DNA of 59,809 bases from a virus (IMGVR_UViG_3300020261_000002:1-59809); one strand, 5' to 3'; shown: positions 19,109 through 29,797, counted from the first letter of the stretch. Notes: generated from the sequence alone by a model not told the origin. Made by a program: numbers and translations.

Positions 19109-19309
19109 ATGAGTGGTGATCCAGAACCGAAAGATGAACCAAAGATCTTTTATTCTGATAAGATCACACCTACAAAGTTAATTGTTTTAAAACAACAGAA
19201 AGATCCTGTGGATGATTACTTTGATTGTGTTTCCTCATGTGACACAGACAATAAAGAATGTCATGATGAATGTATAGAGGAACTTAAAGAAAATGATACT
19301 GGTAATTAA
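19109..19309 (+). CDS. small Cys-rich picocyanobacterial-type protein
   Basis: DDYFDCVSSC...ECHDECIEEL four-Cys motif. Confidence 0.55.
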   Translation: MSGDPEPKDEPKIFYSDKITPTKLIVLKQQKDPVDDYFDCVSSCDTDNKECHDECIEELKENDTGN

Positions 19310-19311
19310 AG

Positions 19312-19462
19312 GGGCTCCTACTCTCGAAGGAATAGGAGCAAGTTGCCAGCCATGAGAAACAGCAAAAATCATGACTCCCTTCCGGATGGAAAAAACTGAC
19401 GCTGTTCTTCTTCATTTTCTCCATACTATAATAAAGTTAAACACCCTCTCCTCCCATGTCAA
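19312..19462 (-). ncRNA. putative antisense sRNA gene (about 115 nt) with promoter
   Basis: TTGACA-17-TAACTT (19462-19434); stems with G-U pairs on the minus strand; terminal hairpin 19339-19314. Confidence 0.45.
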
Positions 19463-19687
19463 ATGAAAACATTATCACTTCTAAAATTACATACAGTCAG
19501 CTGTGATTCCGGTAACCTCGTTATTATTGATCCGTGTTATCTCAAAAATTCGGATAATGTTAATAGCCTTATTGACTGTGGGCTTGCCACTTCTATTAAT
19601 ACTGAAATAGGTGATGGAGAATTTACTGTTGAAAAGAAAAGAGATAGACGTGGTAATCTTCAACAGATAATAATAAATATTCAATGA
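19463..19687 (+). CDS. small protein with DSG...DPCY...GDG motif (DUF4241-like)
   Basis: Motif recognition. Confidence 0.5.
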   Translation: MKTLSLLKLHTVSCDSGNLVIIDPCYLKNSDNVNSLIDCGLATSINTEIGDGEFTVEKKRDRRGNLQQIIINIQ

Positions 19688-19816
19688 AAAAACATCAGAT
19701 TAAATCTGGTTGGTATTATATTTTTTGGGGAATTATGTCAGTGAGTGTATTTGCAGGACAACTTTATGTAGGAAATGGGTATCGTCAGTTAAGTAATTCA
19801 ATAGATCAAATCAAAA

Positions 19817-20356
19817 TTATTCTTTTGGAACAAAAGTAAAACAATCAAAGTATGCTCCAGGATGTATAGGTTCTAAAGGATTCTTAGGAGTTACACCAAT
19901 AATCTCAGCCTTATTCCAAATAGTATCATCTGGATAAGGTGGTCTTGTCCAGTAAAATTCTAATTTCTTTTCATCATATAACCAATCACAATGATATCTT
20001 CTCCAGTATTGGAAAGCTCTGAACTGTTGTTCAGGTTTACCACTGGTGCAATCAAATGTTATTGAATCACCTGGTTCGATGTTCCATCTTAGTTTCAACA
20101 CTGTTCTCCATCCTTCTGCTATTGCTCGCAGACCAATATCACCTGTAAATTTTTTATTTAAACTACGGGCACGTTTGTTCTTACGCTTGTGATACCAGTC
20201 ATTTATCTGTCTATTTGATTTACCTACAGCAAATCCTATATTCCATGCCCAGAATCCATTATCTAACTTAGACCAGGGATCAAGTATCACTTTGCATAGA
20301 TGCCCCTTGATTTTAAATGTATTGCTGATACTCTTACGTCGTATTCTTTTTGACAT
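19817..20356 (-). CDS. hypothetical protein (minus-strand island)
   Basis: 179 aa ORF, basic and Trp-rich. Confidence 0.7.
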   Translation of the reverse strand: MSKRIRRKSISNTFKIKGHLCKVILDPWSKLDNGFWAWNIGFAVGKSNRQINDWYHKRKNKRARSLNKKFTGDIGLRAIAEGWRTVLKLRWNIEPGDSITFDCTSGKPEQQFRAFQYWRRYHCDWLYDEKKLEFYWTRPPYPDDTIWNKAEIIGVTPKNPLEPIHPGAYFDCFTFVPKE

Positions 20357-20359
20357 TAA

Positions 20360-20626
20360 ATGGAAGAATTAATGATGATGATTCAAAAGGACCCAGAACT
20401 CTGGGATCTGATTGAAAAAATAAAAGATCAAGATGCAACTCTTGAATTCTTTTTAGATGATGTAGCTGAAATGTTTGCTATTGAATTTAGAACTCTGGAT
20501 ACCAGTGATCTAGATGACAAATTAGATCAGCTCTTTGGTGGCTTACCTCCTAAAGCAATGTTACTTGCAATGCCTCTGCTTCATGTTGCTTTAGAAAAGT
20601 ACATAAAGACAAAGACAGGGAGGTAG
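20360..20626 (+). CDS. acidic hypothetical protein
   Basis: 88 aa ORF. Confidence 0.65.
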   Translation: MEELMMMIQKDPELWDLIEKIKDQDATLEFFLDDVAEMFAIEFRTLDTSDLDDKLDQLFGGLPPKAMLLAMPLLHVALEKYIKTKTGR

Positions 20627-20633
20627 TAAACAA

Positions 20634-20894
20634 ATGCAAAGAGGTTATGCAATTTGTACCACCGATCTATCCCGAATACTAACAATTGCTCCATGTAAAA
20701 CAAAGTTTATCTTTGTACGAATTACTAGTGGTCAAGTTCTTACAGATGCTATATGCTTTACTGACATATCAAATGCTAAGACAATTGAATCAAGAGCAAG
20801 AAAAAAGTTTGAGGACATGCCAGAAACAAGAATTGTTAATGTTGCACTCCTATATAACAGAATCGATAAGCAAAATGAATTATCTAATCTTTGA
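20634..20894 (+). CDS. hypothetical protein
   Basis: 86 aa ORF with GGGAGG SD, overlaps polA start. Confidence 0.65.
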   Translation: MQRGYAICTTDLSRILTIAPCKTKFIFVRITSGQVLTDAICFTDISNAKTIESRARKKFEDMPETRIVNVALLYNRIDKQNELSNL

Positions 20895-22716
20895 CTTAGA
20901 AACAAATGGATTACTGGCTGATGTAAATACAATACATTCGCTGGTAATTAAGAATGTAAATACTCAACAGGTAATAAGTTGTGCCGATCAGGATGGTTAC
21001 ACATCTATCGATGAAGGTATAGAACTTTTAATGAATGCTGATGCATTAATCGGACACAATATTATAAAATATGACCTACCAGTGTTGAGAAAACTCTATT
21101 CTCATTTTGATACAAGTAAGAATTGCATAATTCTAGATACTTTAGTGATGTCAAGGCTATGGGCTCCAGAGTTAGACAGCCTAGATTACTCCAGGTGGTT
21201 ACATATTGAGCCTAAATATAAAGGAAGACACTCTCTTGCAGCCTGGGGAGAACGACTTGGAGTTAAAAAGATTAAGTTCAAAGAGGAACAACAAGCTGAA
21301 GTAAAAGATGTATGGGATAAGTGGTCAGAATCTATGCAGGTTTACTGCGAACAAGACGTAACAGTATCGGAAGCTCTCTACAAATATTTTCTTGCTCAAA
21401 AGATGGACAAAAGATCTCTAACTCTTGAGCATGAATTCGCTATCATTATGTCTTATCAGGAAGCATTTGGTTTTCCCTTCAACAAACCAGCTGCTTTTGC
21501 ATTATTAAATGAACTAAAAGCAAAACAAACTGATATAGGTGAACAGCTACAGGAAACTTTCCCACCCATCGAAGAAGAAAGGTGGTCCGAAAAAACTGGT
21601 AAACAATTAAAAACAAAAGTTATTACATTTAATCCAGCATCCAGACTACAGACTTCACAAAGATTGGTAGAAAAATATCCAGAGATTACATTTGAAAAGA
21701 CAGAGAAAGGATCTCCCAAAGTTGATGATGATGTCTTAGAAAAACTAGGTCTTAAATATCCTGAAGCTAAACTATTAGCAGAGTACCAGCTACTTAATAA
21801 ACGATTAGGTCAGCTATCAGATGGTAAAGAAGCCTGGCTTAAACATTGTGAAAAATTTGGAGATGGAAAAATTCATGGAGAGATTAATACAAATGCCTGT
21901 ATCTCAGGACGCTGCAGCCATTCTCGTCCGAACACTGGGCAAATTCCGTCGGTGGGACATGCTTACGGTGCTGAATGTCGTGCTTTATTTTACGCTCCTG
22001 AAGGGTGGCTACTAGGAGGAGCCGACGCTTCCGGTTTAGAATTACGAGCCCTTGGCCATTGGTTAGCCTACTACGATGGTGGTGAGTATGCCGAACTAGT
22101 TAGTGATCCTGATAGAGATATTCACTTTCATAATGCCTGCTTGTTCGGTATACACGAAAGAGGTAAAGAGATTCCAAAGCTCACCAGAGATTTAAGCAAG
22201 CGTTTAATCTATTGTGTACTTTATGGTGGTGGTGCAAAGAAGACAGGTTCTATCATTGCACCTAAAGAAAGTGAACATAAACAATATGAAAAAGGTAAAC
22301 AAACTATTGATACTTTCTATCAGAACTTACCAGCTATCAAGAAGTTAAAAGATCAGGTTGAATCAACTCTAAGTAATCGTGACTATTTAATAGGTATAGA
22401 TGGTAGACATCTACAAATCAGATCAAAGCATTCTGCATTGAATCAACTCCTGCAATCAACAGGAGCAATCACAGTTAAGAAAGCTACTACTATTCTTTAT
22501 GATGATATGACTGATAAAGGATTAAAGTTTTTCAAAGACTGGGGATTTGTAGCTCATGTACATGATGAATATCAATGTCTATTACGTCCGGAATATACAG
22601 ATTTGTTTCAGGAACTTGCGATAGATTCATTCCGCAAGTCAGGAGAATATTTTAAATTAAAGTGTCCTCTTACAGGTGAAGCAAAGATTGGTAAGAACTG
22701 GTGTGAAACACACTAG
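20875..22716 (+). CDS. polA: family A DNA polymerase with 3'-5' exonuclease (T7 gp5-like)
   Basis: ExoI FDLETNG, ExoII GHNIIKYD, ExoIII YCEQDV; motif A DASGLELR, B KRLIYCVLYG, C HVHDE; likely ATG at 20875. Confidence 0.97.
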   Translation: MNYLIFDLETNGLLADVNTIHSLVIKNVNTQQVISCADQDGYTSIDEGIELLMNADALIGHNIIKYDLPVLRKLYSHFDTSKNCIILDTLVMSRLWAPELDSLDYSRWLHIEPKYKGRHSLAAWGERLGVKKIKFKEEQQAEVKDVWDKWSESMQVYCEQDVTVSEALYKYFLAQKMDKRSLTLEHEFAIIMSYQEAFGFPFNKPAAFALLNELKAKQTDIGEQLQETFPPIEEERWSEKTGKQLKTKVITFNPASRLQTSQRLVEKYPEITFEKTEKGSPKVDDDVLEKLGLKYPEAKLLAEYQLLNKRLGQLSDGKEAWLKHCEKFGDGKIHGEINTNACISGRCSHSRPNTGQIPSVGHAYGAECRALFYAPEGWLLGGADASGLELRALGHWLAYYDGGEYAELVSDPDRDIHFHNACLFGIHERGKEIPKLTRDLSKRLIYCVLYGGGAKKTGSIIAPKESEHKQYEKGKQTIDTFYQNLPAIKKLKDQVESTLSNRDYLIGIDGRHLQIRSKHSALNQLLQSTGAITVKKATTILYDDMTDKGLKFFKDWGFVAHVHDEYQCLLRPEYTDLFQELAIDSFRKSGEYFKLKCPLTGEAKIGKNWCETH

Positions 22717-22836
22717 TTAAGGATAAAGACTCTTGATTTTATCTTGACGTTCTTGTTCCTTTCTTTTTTTCTCATCTTCTCTTTGTTTTACATAATCAAT
22801 CAATGGCCAGCGGTTTATTTTCAACGCATGACCCAT
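22717..22836 (-). CDS. 39 aa charged small protein
   Basis: Own translation MGHALKINRWPLIDYVKQREDEKKRKEQERQDKIKSLYP; upstream TATAAT on the minus strand. Confidence 0.5.
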   Translation of the reverse strand: MGHALKINRWPLIDYVKQREDEKKRKEQERQDKIKSLYP

Positions 22837-22902
22837 TGAAACACGATTCGGTAGTAACAATTTGTTAAAAAATGAGAGTTTCATTATATATGTCAGCCTT
22901 TA

Positions 22903-22930
22903 TTGACATTCTAGTCCTACTGAATAGAGT
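22903..22930 (+). promoter_or_regulatory. sigma70-type promoter
   Basis: TTGACA-16-TAGAGT upstream of 22951. Confidence 0.55.
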
Positions 22931-22950
22931 ATTGAAAACATTTAATCATT

Positions 22951-23184
22951 ATGGAACCAGTAAAAGCAGTCGAACCCATCACAGAAAAGGATGAGATTCA
23001 AAAGTTCCAGGAACTAAAAGAACAGGTTTTCAAAGAATATGCTGACTATTCTTTAAACAAGCTCTATAATTTCAATGAGCTGTTGATCACCACTATTCAT
23101 CAGCTTCAATTCAAACAGATGGCTATGCAAGAATTGATTACTCATCGTCTTGATAACATCTGCCCTAAAGAAACAACTAACTAA
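22951..23184 (+). CDS. hypothetical helical protein
   Basis: 77 aa ORF. Confidence 0.65.
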   Translation: MEPVKAVEPITEKDEIQKFQELKEQVFKEYADYSLNKLYNFNELLITTIHQLQFKQMAMQELITHRLDNICPKETTN

Positions 23185-23186
23185 TT

Positions 23187-23885
23187 ATGAACACTGCAAA
23201 AGTTTGTGCTAAATATGTAGGTGAAGGAACTACAGAACATGGCATACGTTTCACCGAAGTAACTGTATCTGCAGTTGGTAAAGGTGAAGATATAAAATTA
23301 AGAGTGCTCTCCACCAAAGCAGGAGGAGATACATTAGGTTCCTGTAGTAAGGGAGCTAACTTAATTATTGTTGGACGCTTGTATAGAAACAGAGCAGTCC
23401 AGAGTGATTATAATTACTATGTAGTACCTACTCAAAGAATAGAAGTAGTACCTTGTCCTGTACCTTTAAATACTGTGACCATAGCTGGAGCTTACTGGTT
23501 AAATGATAATGACAAGAAGCTCAATCAGGATGATCAGAGACATACCTTTACTATATTGACCAGTACTCCTGCCAATCAATTACTAAATCATGAGTATGAT
23601 GACACTCTAAGCTTCTCTATTACTTCATGGAGCTATGATGCTCAGAGAATATTACAGACAGCTCACATAGGTCGTCAAATGATTATTGAGGGTTATCTAC
23701 GTTCTTATACTCCAGCTGGAAAAGATACTGGATACATTTCTATAAATGTAAGATCTGGAATAGTTGAGATGTTTGGTAGTAAAGAAAAGAAAAAAGAAAA
23801 TAAGATTGATAATAAATCTGACTCCGCTTCGAAGGTTGTAATTCAAGGTGAAACTAAAGCAGAAGAAGAAAAGTTACCTATCTGA
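23187..23885 (+). CDS. tandem OB-fold SSB-like protein
   Basis: Two SSB-like halves (KGANLIIVGRL; NTVTIAG...GRQMIIEGYLRSY) and acidic tail ending EEEKLPI. Confidence 0.65.
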   Translation: MNTAKVCAKYVGEGTTEHGIRFTEVTVSAVGKGEDIKLRVLSTKAGGDTLGSCSKGANLIIVGRLYRNRAVQSDYNYYVVPTQRIEVVPCPVPLNTVTIAGAYWLNDNDKKLNQDDQRHTFTILTSTPANQLLNHEYDDTLSFSITSWSYDAQRILQTAHIGRQMIIEGYLRSYTPAGKDTGYISINVRSGIVEMFGSKEKKKENKIDNKSDSASKVVIQGETKAEEEKLPI

Positions 23886-23946
23886 TCTACAGGTCCTGAG
23901 ATGACCTTCATAAAAGCATCATGTTCACAACGTAATTAATTGTTTT

Positions 23947-24864
23947 ATGTCTGTACTTAACCGTTATTCAAACGCTGAAAAGTATCAAGGTGTCCTTCGG
24001 GACTTCTGCAATTGTCAGATTCTAAATGACAAAGGCAAACCAGGTCTCTTCTTAAAAGATGAGATCCTAACTCGTATTGGTTGGACAGGTAAAGTTTCTG
24101 ACTTTACTGGTGCCGAAGAATATGAGCACATGTATAACAATGGTGACCGCAACAAAGGAATCTATTTCAAGAGTCCTCGTATGATGGTTCTCCACTGTGG
24201 TTTTCCTAAAGACACAACCTTTATTGAGAATAGTAATAAAGGTCAGATAGAAGGTATGTATCCTCGTGATGCACATCTCTATGATGAATGGGAACAAGCT
24301 AACCCAGGAAAGCCTTCTCCATTCAAACGTCGTCGTCTCATCCTAATCTTTTTAGTTAATAAAGATGGGGTCGCCCAGCACAAGAAACCATTGCTACTAT
24401 CCGTACATGGTGGTGCTTCTAAATTATTTACAGAAGCTTACAGTAACTTCATTGAAGAACTAGAAGCAGCTTTTGCTGAGTATCAAGGCTCCAAAGGTGG
24501 TACAGGATTTGATCCTAAACAATCTGCTGCTGCAATCTTTACTCCTACATTTGATGTTCAGATGTATGGTGAAGAACGCAAGAGCCCTATTGCTTTTCCT
24601 AAGACATGGATAAAGCCAACGGTTTCTAAGATTGAAGACTTCTTCCCTAAATCAGATGATGATATCGATTTCTTAGAAGAAGTTTGGGAGACAGTTCCTC
24701 CAGCTGTATATGCAAAGAGTTTCTTTGATCAATGTGCAAAAGAGATTGGATTTCATTCAATCAAAGAAGGTGTTAGTTTAGATGCTATTCCTTCTTACAC
24801 AACAGAGAAAGCACCAGCTCTTCTATCAGCTAAAGATTCTGATACAGGTGAAGTTAAGTTCTAA
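23947..24864 (+). CDS. DUF5895-like protein (putative ssDNA-binding/annealing)
   Basis: CQILN...GLF...SPRM...HKKPLLL pattern recalled from a cyanobacterial family; replication context. Confidence 0.5.
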   Translation: MSVLNRYSNAEKYQGVLRDFCNCQILNDKGKPGLFLKDEILTRIGWTGKVSDFTGAEEYEHMYNNGDRNKGIYFKSPRMMVLHCGFPKDTTFIENSNKGQIEGMYPRDAHLYDEWEQANPGKPSPFKRRRLILIFLVNKDGVAQHKKPLLLSVHGGASKLFTEAYSNFIEELEAAFAEYQGSKGGTGFDPKQSAAAIFTPTFDVQMYGEERKSPIAFPKTWIKPTVSKIEDFFPKSDDDIDFLEEVWETVPPAVYAKSFFDQCAKEIGFHSIKEGVSLDAIPSYTTEKAPALLSAKDSDTGEVKF

Positions 24865-24883
24865 CTTCTATTCACATACATAC

Positions 24884-24908
24884 AGCCGGGCATTGCTCGG
24901 CTTTTTTT
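24884..24908 (+). terminator. intrinsic terminator
   Basis: agccgggc-att-gctcggct followed by a T run. Confidence 0.85.
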
Positions 24909-24924
24909 AATGGAGATTTTTATT

Positions 24925-27900
24925 ATGCCTAAGAAAAAAGAAAAGGAAGAATCTATGGAAGAATGGAGCCGTAGAGTCTTTGGTTACACAAAAGATGGAT
25001 GGCTCTATGTTGACAACAAAAGAGTCAGCTATGTAGGTCCTGATGAAGATGATGATGATTTCATCGATGAAGATGGAGGAATAGGATGAGTAACATGCTA
25101 GACGGAGTAGACACCAATCATCTATGGACATTATTTCATGATGCTCATTGGAGATCCTTAGATAACATTTGTTCACATCCATTGAATGCTGAACAGATTG
25201 AAGACTTAGCTGAAGATTTAGGTCTTCAAGCTATGGCCGACCAACTAAGAGATGATAGAAAAAGACAGGAGGATGAATCATGATTCATTATTTAGTTATT
25301 GGTCATGCTTGTGATGAAGAACAAGGATGGCAATTCACTGATTCTGATAAAGAATGGCCAGTCGTAGTAACTGATGAATATTTAGAACAAAAATTCACAA
25401 ACGATACTTTAAAAGAATTAGGTTATGAACCTGATGAGTATGAAAGCTGTGGTAAAGAAGTTTACATAGATTTCATTCTCAAATCTAATAGTCCTATACA
25501 AATTCAATATGGCTAAACCTAAAAACAATCAAACTCTTAATTGTCATTCTGTTTATGATTACATGACAGAAAAAGAACAAGATGTAGTCTATGAAATCTT
25601 AGAACGCATTTATGCAGATAAAGATTGGGATATGGATGACATCTGTTGGGATCTAATTATTCAAGAAGATGACTAACTTTCAATGTAAAAAACTCGACCC
25701 TCTTGTAACAGGAGACATAGGTTCATTCTGTGTTGACTGTCTACAGGATACCAACTTCAGAGATGCTGAAGGTAATCAGACATTCAAATTCGTTAATCGT
25801 ATGCCATGTGACAGAGATGTCTACGATGGTGATAAGTATATAGGAAATAGAAGTGGATGGTTATGTATGGATTGTAATTGGTTGGAATGTGATCGTTGTG
25901 ATGAAAAAATTTATGATGGCGATGACTGCACACCTTACGATGTGTATCAAGGTCATGAGCCAGCAGAGTTCTCTGATGGTGCATACCGAGTCCACTACGA
26001 ATGTCTAACTGACAAAGAAAAAGAACTTATGGAGGCTAACAACCAATGAACAAATCTTGGATAATCACAGAAAAATATGTTGGCTGGGGTACAGCCACTG
26101 TCATAGCTGAAACAAAAGAAGAAGCTTTGATCAAATATGAGGGTGGTGATTATTTAGATTATGAACATGATCTAGATAATGCTCAAGATTATGAGTTCTT
26201 TTCTATTGAAGAGGATCATGAAGCAATACTTTCACCAACACTGCAAAAGGAGGATGACCAATGAAACATTACAAAGTCAAAATGATTCAAGAATACATTG
26301 AGACTTATGTTGTTAAAGCAGACTCTGAACAAGAGGCTGTTCAATGTACATATGAAGACTGGCTTGATCCTAGTGATACAAAAGCTGGTGATTCCAGAGT
26401 AAAAACAGTTGAGGTAATCGAATGAACAACGCAATGATTGAACTAACTTCCCAACTTCTTAGAGATCACATAGAAGAATTGATGAAAGGTGATTGGGAAA
26501 AAGTTAGAGATGAAGTGGCTTTATGTCACGGAGCTCTATACGAATTACATGGACAAAGGATCAACTAATGATTACTGACATCATTGAAGCTTGGAATGAA
26601 GCTGAAGAATTAAATTGTAGTTTAAGAGAATTAAATGATAAGGATCTTATTGATTGTCGAGAGGCACTCATAAATAGATCACAGATCATTATGAATCTTT
26701 TAGACCAACATGTACCACAGGAGAACTCATGATCCCACTACTTAAATTTTCTAAAAGCAATGGTAAGTTAAGCAACAGACTTATCTTCTCCATTCCAGCA
26801 GGCTATACCTGTCCCCATGCTGGCAAGTGTCATACGTTTGCTGATCGAACTACTGGTGAAATTAGAGACAATCCTCATGGTTGTAGTAAGTCACCAGAGT
26901 ATCGTTGCTTTGCTGCTATGGCAGAAGCTAGATTCCCTACTGTACGTAAGTCCAGGTGGCATAACTTTGACCAACTCAAAGCAGCCAGGAATATCTATGT
27001 AGATCAACATCCAGAAAGTCCAGGTGATTATCATCTAGCTATGAAAGATCTAATCTTAGCTTCACTAGATGCTCAACCTCATAGAGATATGGTACGCATC
27101 CACGAGAGTGGTGACTTCTGGAGTGAAAGTTACATGAAAGCTTGGATGCTTGTAGCAAAAGAACATCCACAAGTTAAGTTTTATGCTTACACAAAGTCAT
27201 TGACAATGTGGTATCACTTACAAGATGACATCAACAGCAACTTCTATCTCACTGCATCCTACGGGGGTAGTGAAGATCATATGATCAAACAATTCCCAGA
27301 TGTTTACAAGCGTGTAGCTTATGTGGTTTACACAGAACAAGAAGCTGCAGATCGTGGACTAGAGATAGATCATGATGACTCACATTGCTTTGGTGAGAAG
27401 CCATTCGCATTGCTGGTTCATGGCAGTCAACCAGCAGGATCAGATGCCAGTGCTGCTATTCAACAACGTAAAAAAGATGGAGGCTTTGTAGGCTATGCAA
27501 AGAAGTAAACTGACAACTAAGGATGAAGCACTCAAAGCACTACACGAAGCAAGTCTATCAATAGCTTGTTTAGGTGCTGATTGGACTGAACATTTTGAAG
27601 ATGAAAGTGTTACAAAAAACCATCAAAAATGGGTTTTAAAAGATCAAGAAGGTCTACAACAAGATTTAGATCACATTCAAGATCAAATTACTATCTTAGA
27701 AAATTACTTAGACCCTTACATTCCGGAGGATTCCAATGCCAAAGAATGATTTAACACCAGAACAGATCGACGATCTCAAAGACTTATTAGTTGAAAGGAT
27801 GGTCGATAATATGTCAACTAAAGATTTAGTTGTCTATGTCACTGATGATCTTACAGAATATTATAAAGTTTTATCAGACAAAGAATTTCTGCGTCAAGCA

Positions 27901-27957
27901 GAAGATTATTGGGATGAATCTTATCCTGAAATCGTTGAAGAAATTAAAGAAATCTAG
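24925..27957 (+). other. second array of small acidic CDSs (about 24925, 25086, 25280, 25669, 26046, 26261, 26523, 26729, 27495, 27736)
   Basis: Same SD/overlap style and paralogues as the 14-19 kb array. Confidence 0.7.
26729..27508 (+). CDS. GP88-family protein (radical-SAM-like fold)
   Basis: N-terminal NGKL, PAGYTCP..C...C.A, RIHESGDF, FYAYTK motifs. Confidence 0.7.
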   Translation: MIPLLKFSKSNGKLSNRLIFSIPAGYTCPHAGKCHTFADRTTGEIRDNPHGCSKSPEYRCFAAMAEARFPTVRKSRWHNFDQLKAARNIYVDQHPESPGDYHLAMKDLILASLDAQPHRDMVRIHESGDFWSESYMKAWMLVAKEHPQVKFYAYTKSLTMWYHLQDDINSNFYLTASYGGSEDHMIKQFPDVYKRVAYVVYTEQEAADRGLEIDHDDSHCFGEKPFALLVHGSQPAGSDASAAIQQRKKDGGFVGYAKK

Positions 27958-27984
27958 TAAACTATTTACACCCTTTGTACACAA

Positions 27985-28851
27985 ATGACTACTACTATGA
28001 TCTTCTTAAATGAAGGTCAAAAGATGATCTATGGTCGTAAGAGAATCATGGATACCTTCTACAAAACTCATCCTCTTGGTAAAGATATCCTTGAGGATGA
28101 GATCGGAGAGATCACCTTCGATGATGACTACGTTCTATTGAATGTAGAGAACAGACTTCTACGTATCAAAAAATCAGAAGTAATTAAAAACTTCTGGGAA
28201 CATAGAACTCGCACTCCAAGTTATTTTGATTACAGAATCTGGAGATCAAGACCACAAGAAGGTGGTAAATATATAGGAGTTCCTGTAGCTGCTATTGATC
28301 ACAATGCTCAGGTAAATAAAATACTTGGTTCAGATATCAAAGTATCTACAGATAAGGATGGTACCAAACGTATTTACTTTGTTACTCCTGTAGACAAAGC
28401 TTGCACCTGTGGTTCATTCAATCAGATGAAAGAACACGAAAAAGAATTAGCTGCAGAGTTTAGTAAGCACTGTCCTGAGATTGATTTCAAGCCTGTGTGT
28501 AAACACATTAGATGGTATGAAAATCAATTATTATTACTAGCTGACATACAGTTAGTTAATAACAGATACCCTACCAATCATCCTCGTTGCTGTGTATATC
28601 AATATGATCACAGAAGGAGAAAAATTCTGTACAAGATCACTAATAATCGCTATGATTCTAATACGGAATGGGTTCCAAAAGACAGTTGGAAAGAGAAAGA
28701 TGTTTATGATCCTTCAGGTATGCCAACAGGTAATTGTTGGGATGTATTAGAAGGAGCTTTATCTCAATCTATTCCATACAAAATTCACCATTATTCTGCT
28801 TCTATGGAAGCAATAATGAACCGTTCATCTTATCCAAAATCAAGGTACTAA
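27985..28851 (+). CDS. SWIM zinc-finger protein
   Basis: CTCGSF...CKH motif. Confidence 0.65.
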   Translation: MTTTMIFLNEGQKMIYGRKRIMDTFYKTHPLGKDILEDEIGEITFDDDYVLLNVENRLLRIKKSEVIKNFWEHRTRTPSYFDYRIWRSRPQEGGKYIGVPVAAIDHNAQVNKILGSDIKVSTDKDGTKRIYFVTPVDKACTCGSFNQMKEHEKELAAEFSKHCPEIDFKPVCKHIRWYENQLLLLADIQLVNNRYPTNHPRCCVYQYDHRRRKILYKITNNRYDSNTEWVPKDSWKEKDVYDPSGMPTGNCWDVLEGALSQSIPYKIHHYSASMEAIMNRSSYPKSRY

Positions 28852-28853
28852 TC

Positions 28854-29447
28854 ATGTCCGACAAAACTTCATTCAGAGAACTATCACAATCAATCCAGCA
28901 CATTGATATCCTCAGAGATATGCCAGATGTAGCTGAAGATGAAAGAGAAGAGATGCGTCAGTACATCGAAGATCTTACACATCGTAGAGCTGACAAATTA
29001 GATAACATAATCTCAATACTAAAAGATTGTGACAGACGTATAGAGGTTCTCGACAAAGAGATGCAGGAAATAAAAGAAGCAAAAGAAAAATGGAAAAAGA
29101 ATCACAAGATGATTGCTGACATTATCAAGTTCTGCTTCCAGACAAATCTCATAGAATCAAAACTAAATGGTAACAAGTTCCAAGCTACTATTGCCAACAA
29201 CAGTCCTAAAGTTCAAGAGGAGATGCACCTCTGGGATGATCAGGACAAAGCCAGATATGGTATCACTAAAACAACCACAGTAGTTCGTAACTCAGATGGC
29301 ACTGTACTTAGTGAAAAGAAAGAAGTCACAGCAGATAAAGATAGATTAAAGATTGATCTACAACAGAAAGTACCTGGTACTCCTGTGTCTTCTCATCTGC
29401 TACCAGTTATCAGGTTGTCTTATAAACGTAGAACAAGGATAAGTTAG
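28854..29447 (+). CDS. Siphovirus Gp157-like protein
   Basis: Coiled coil with KLDNI, then IANNSPKV and DKDRLK motifs. Confidence 0.7.
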   Translation: MSDKTSFRELSQSIQHIDILRDMPDVAEDEREEMRQYIEDLTHRRADKLDNIISILKDCDRRIEVLDKEMQEIKEAKEKWKKNHKMIADIIKFCFQTNLIESKLNGNKFQATIANNSPKVQEEMHLWDDQDKARYGITKTTTVVRNSDGTVLSEKKEVTADKDRLKIDLQQKVPGTPVSSHLLPVIRLSYKRRTRIS

Positions 29448-29469
29448 TTACATTTAATCTTGATTTCAT

Positions 29470-29500
29470 GACTCCCTCTTGCACATTTGTAAGGGGGAGT
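29470..29500 (+). other. long intergenic hairpin (terminator or RNase III site)
   Basis: gactccctcttgca/tgtaagggggagtt with G-U pairs. Confidence 0.5.
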
Positions 29501-29744
29501 TACTCTTTGGAAAATTTTCACAATGAAACTTCGTCCTAAACCAAAGTACCTCCAACTTGAACTCAACTTTAACGAAAATGCTATCTCCATTCAAAAGAAA
29601 AATCTTACAGAGAATGGGACTGAATCACGTAGCTTATCACGGAAACAAAAACTGTAATGATGATTGGCTTAATGGATATTTCCAAGCCAAAAAAGATTTA
29701 GAGATGCAACTAAATCAAATCAAAATTACTCTCGATGATTTGGA

Positions 29745-29773
29745 TTGATTTTATTCTGGAGTCTTGTTAGTTT
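29745..29773 (+). promoter_or_regulatory. sigma70-type promoter with extended -10
   Basis: TTGATT-17-TAGTTT, with TGn before the -10. Confidence 0.5.
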
Positions 29774-29797
29774 AATGATGATAGACATTGAACTTTC

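Noticed and set aside
19109-19309. CP12 assignment for the small Cys protein
   Set aside because: Lacks the AWD-VEEL core and the CP12 C-terminal Cys spacing
20686-20874. 63-aa N-terminal extension of PolA in the ORF track
   Set aside because: It overlaps the 20634 gene, and the exonuclease motif begins right after ATG 20875
25431-25446. CTGATGAG...GAAA hammerhead-like core
   Set aside because: Only 3 nt separate the core halves, there are no flanking stems, and it lies inside a coding region
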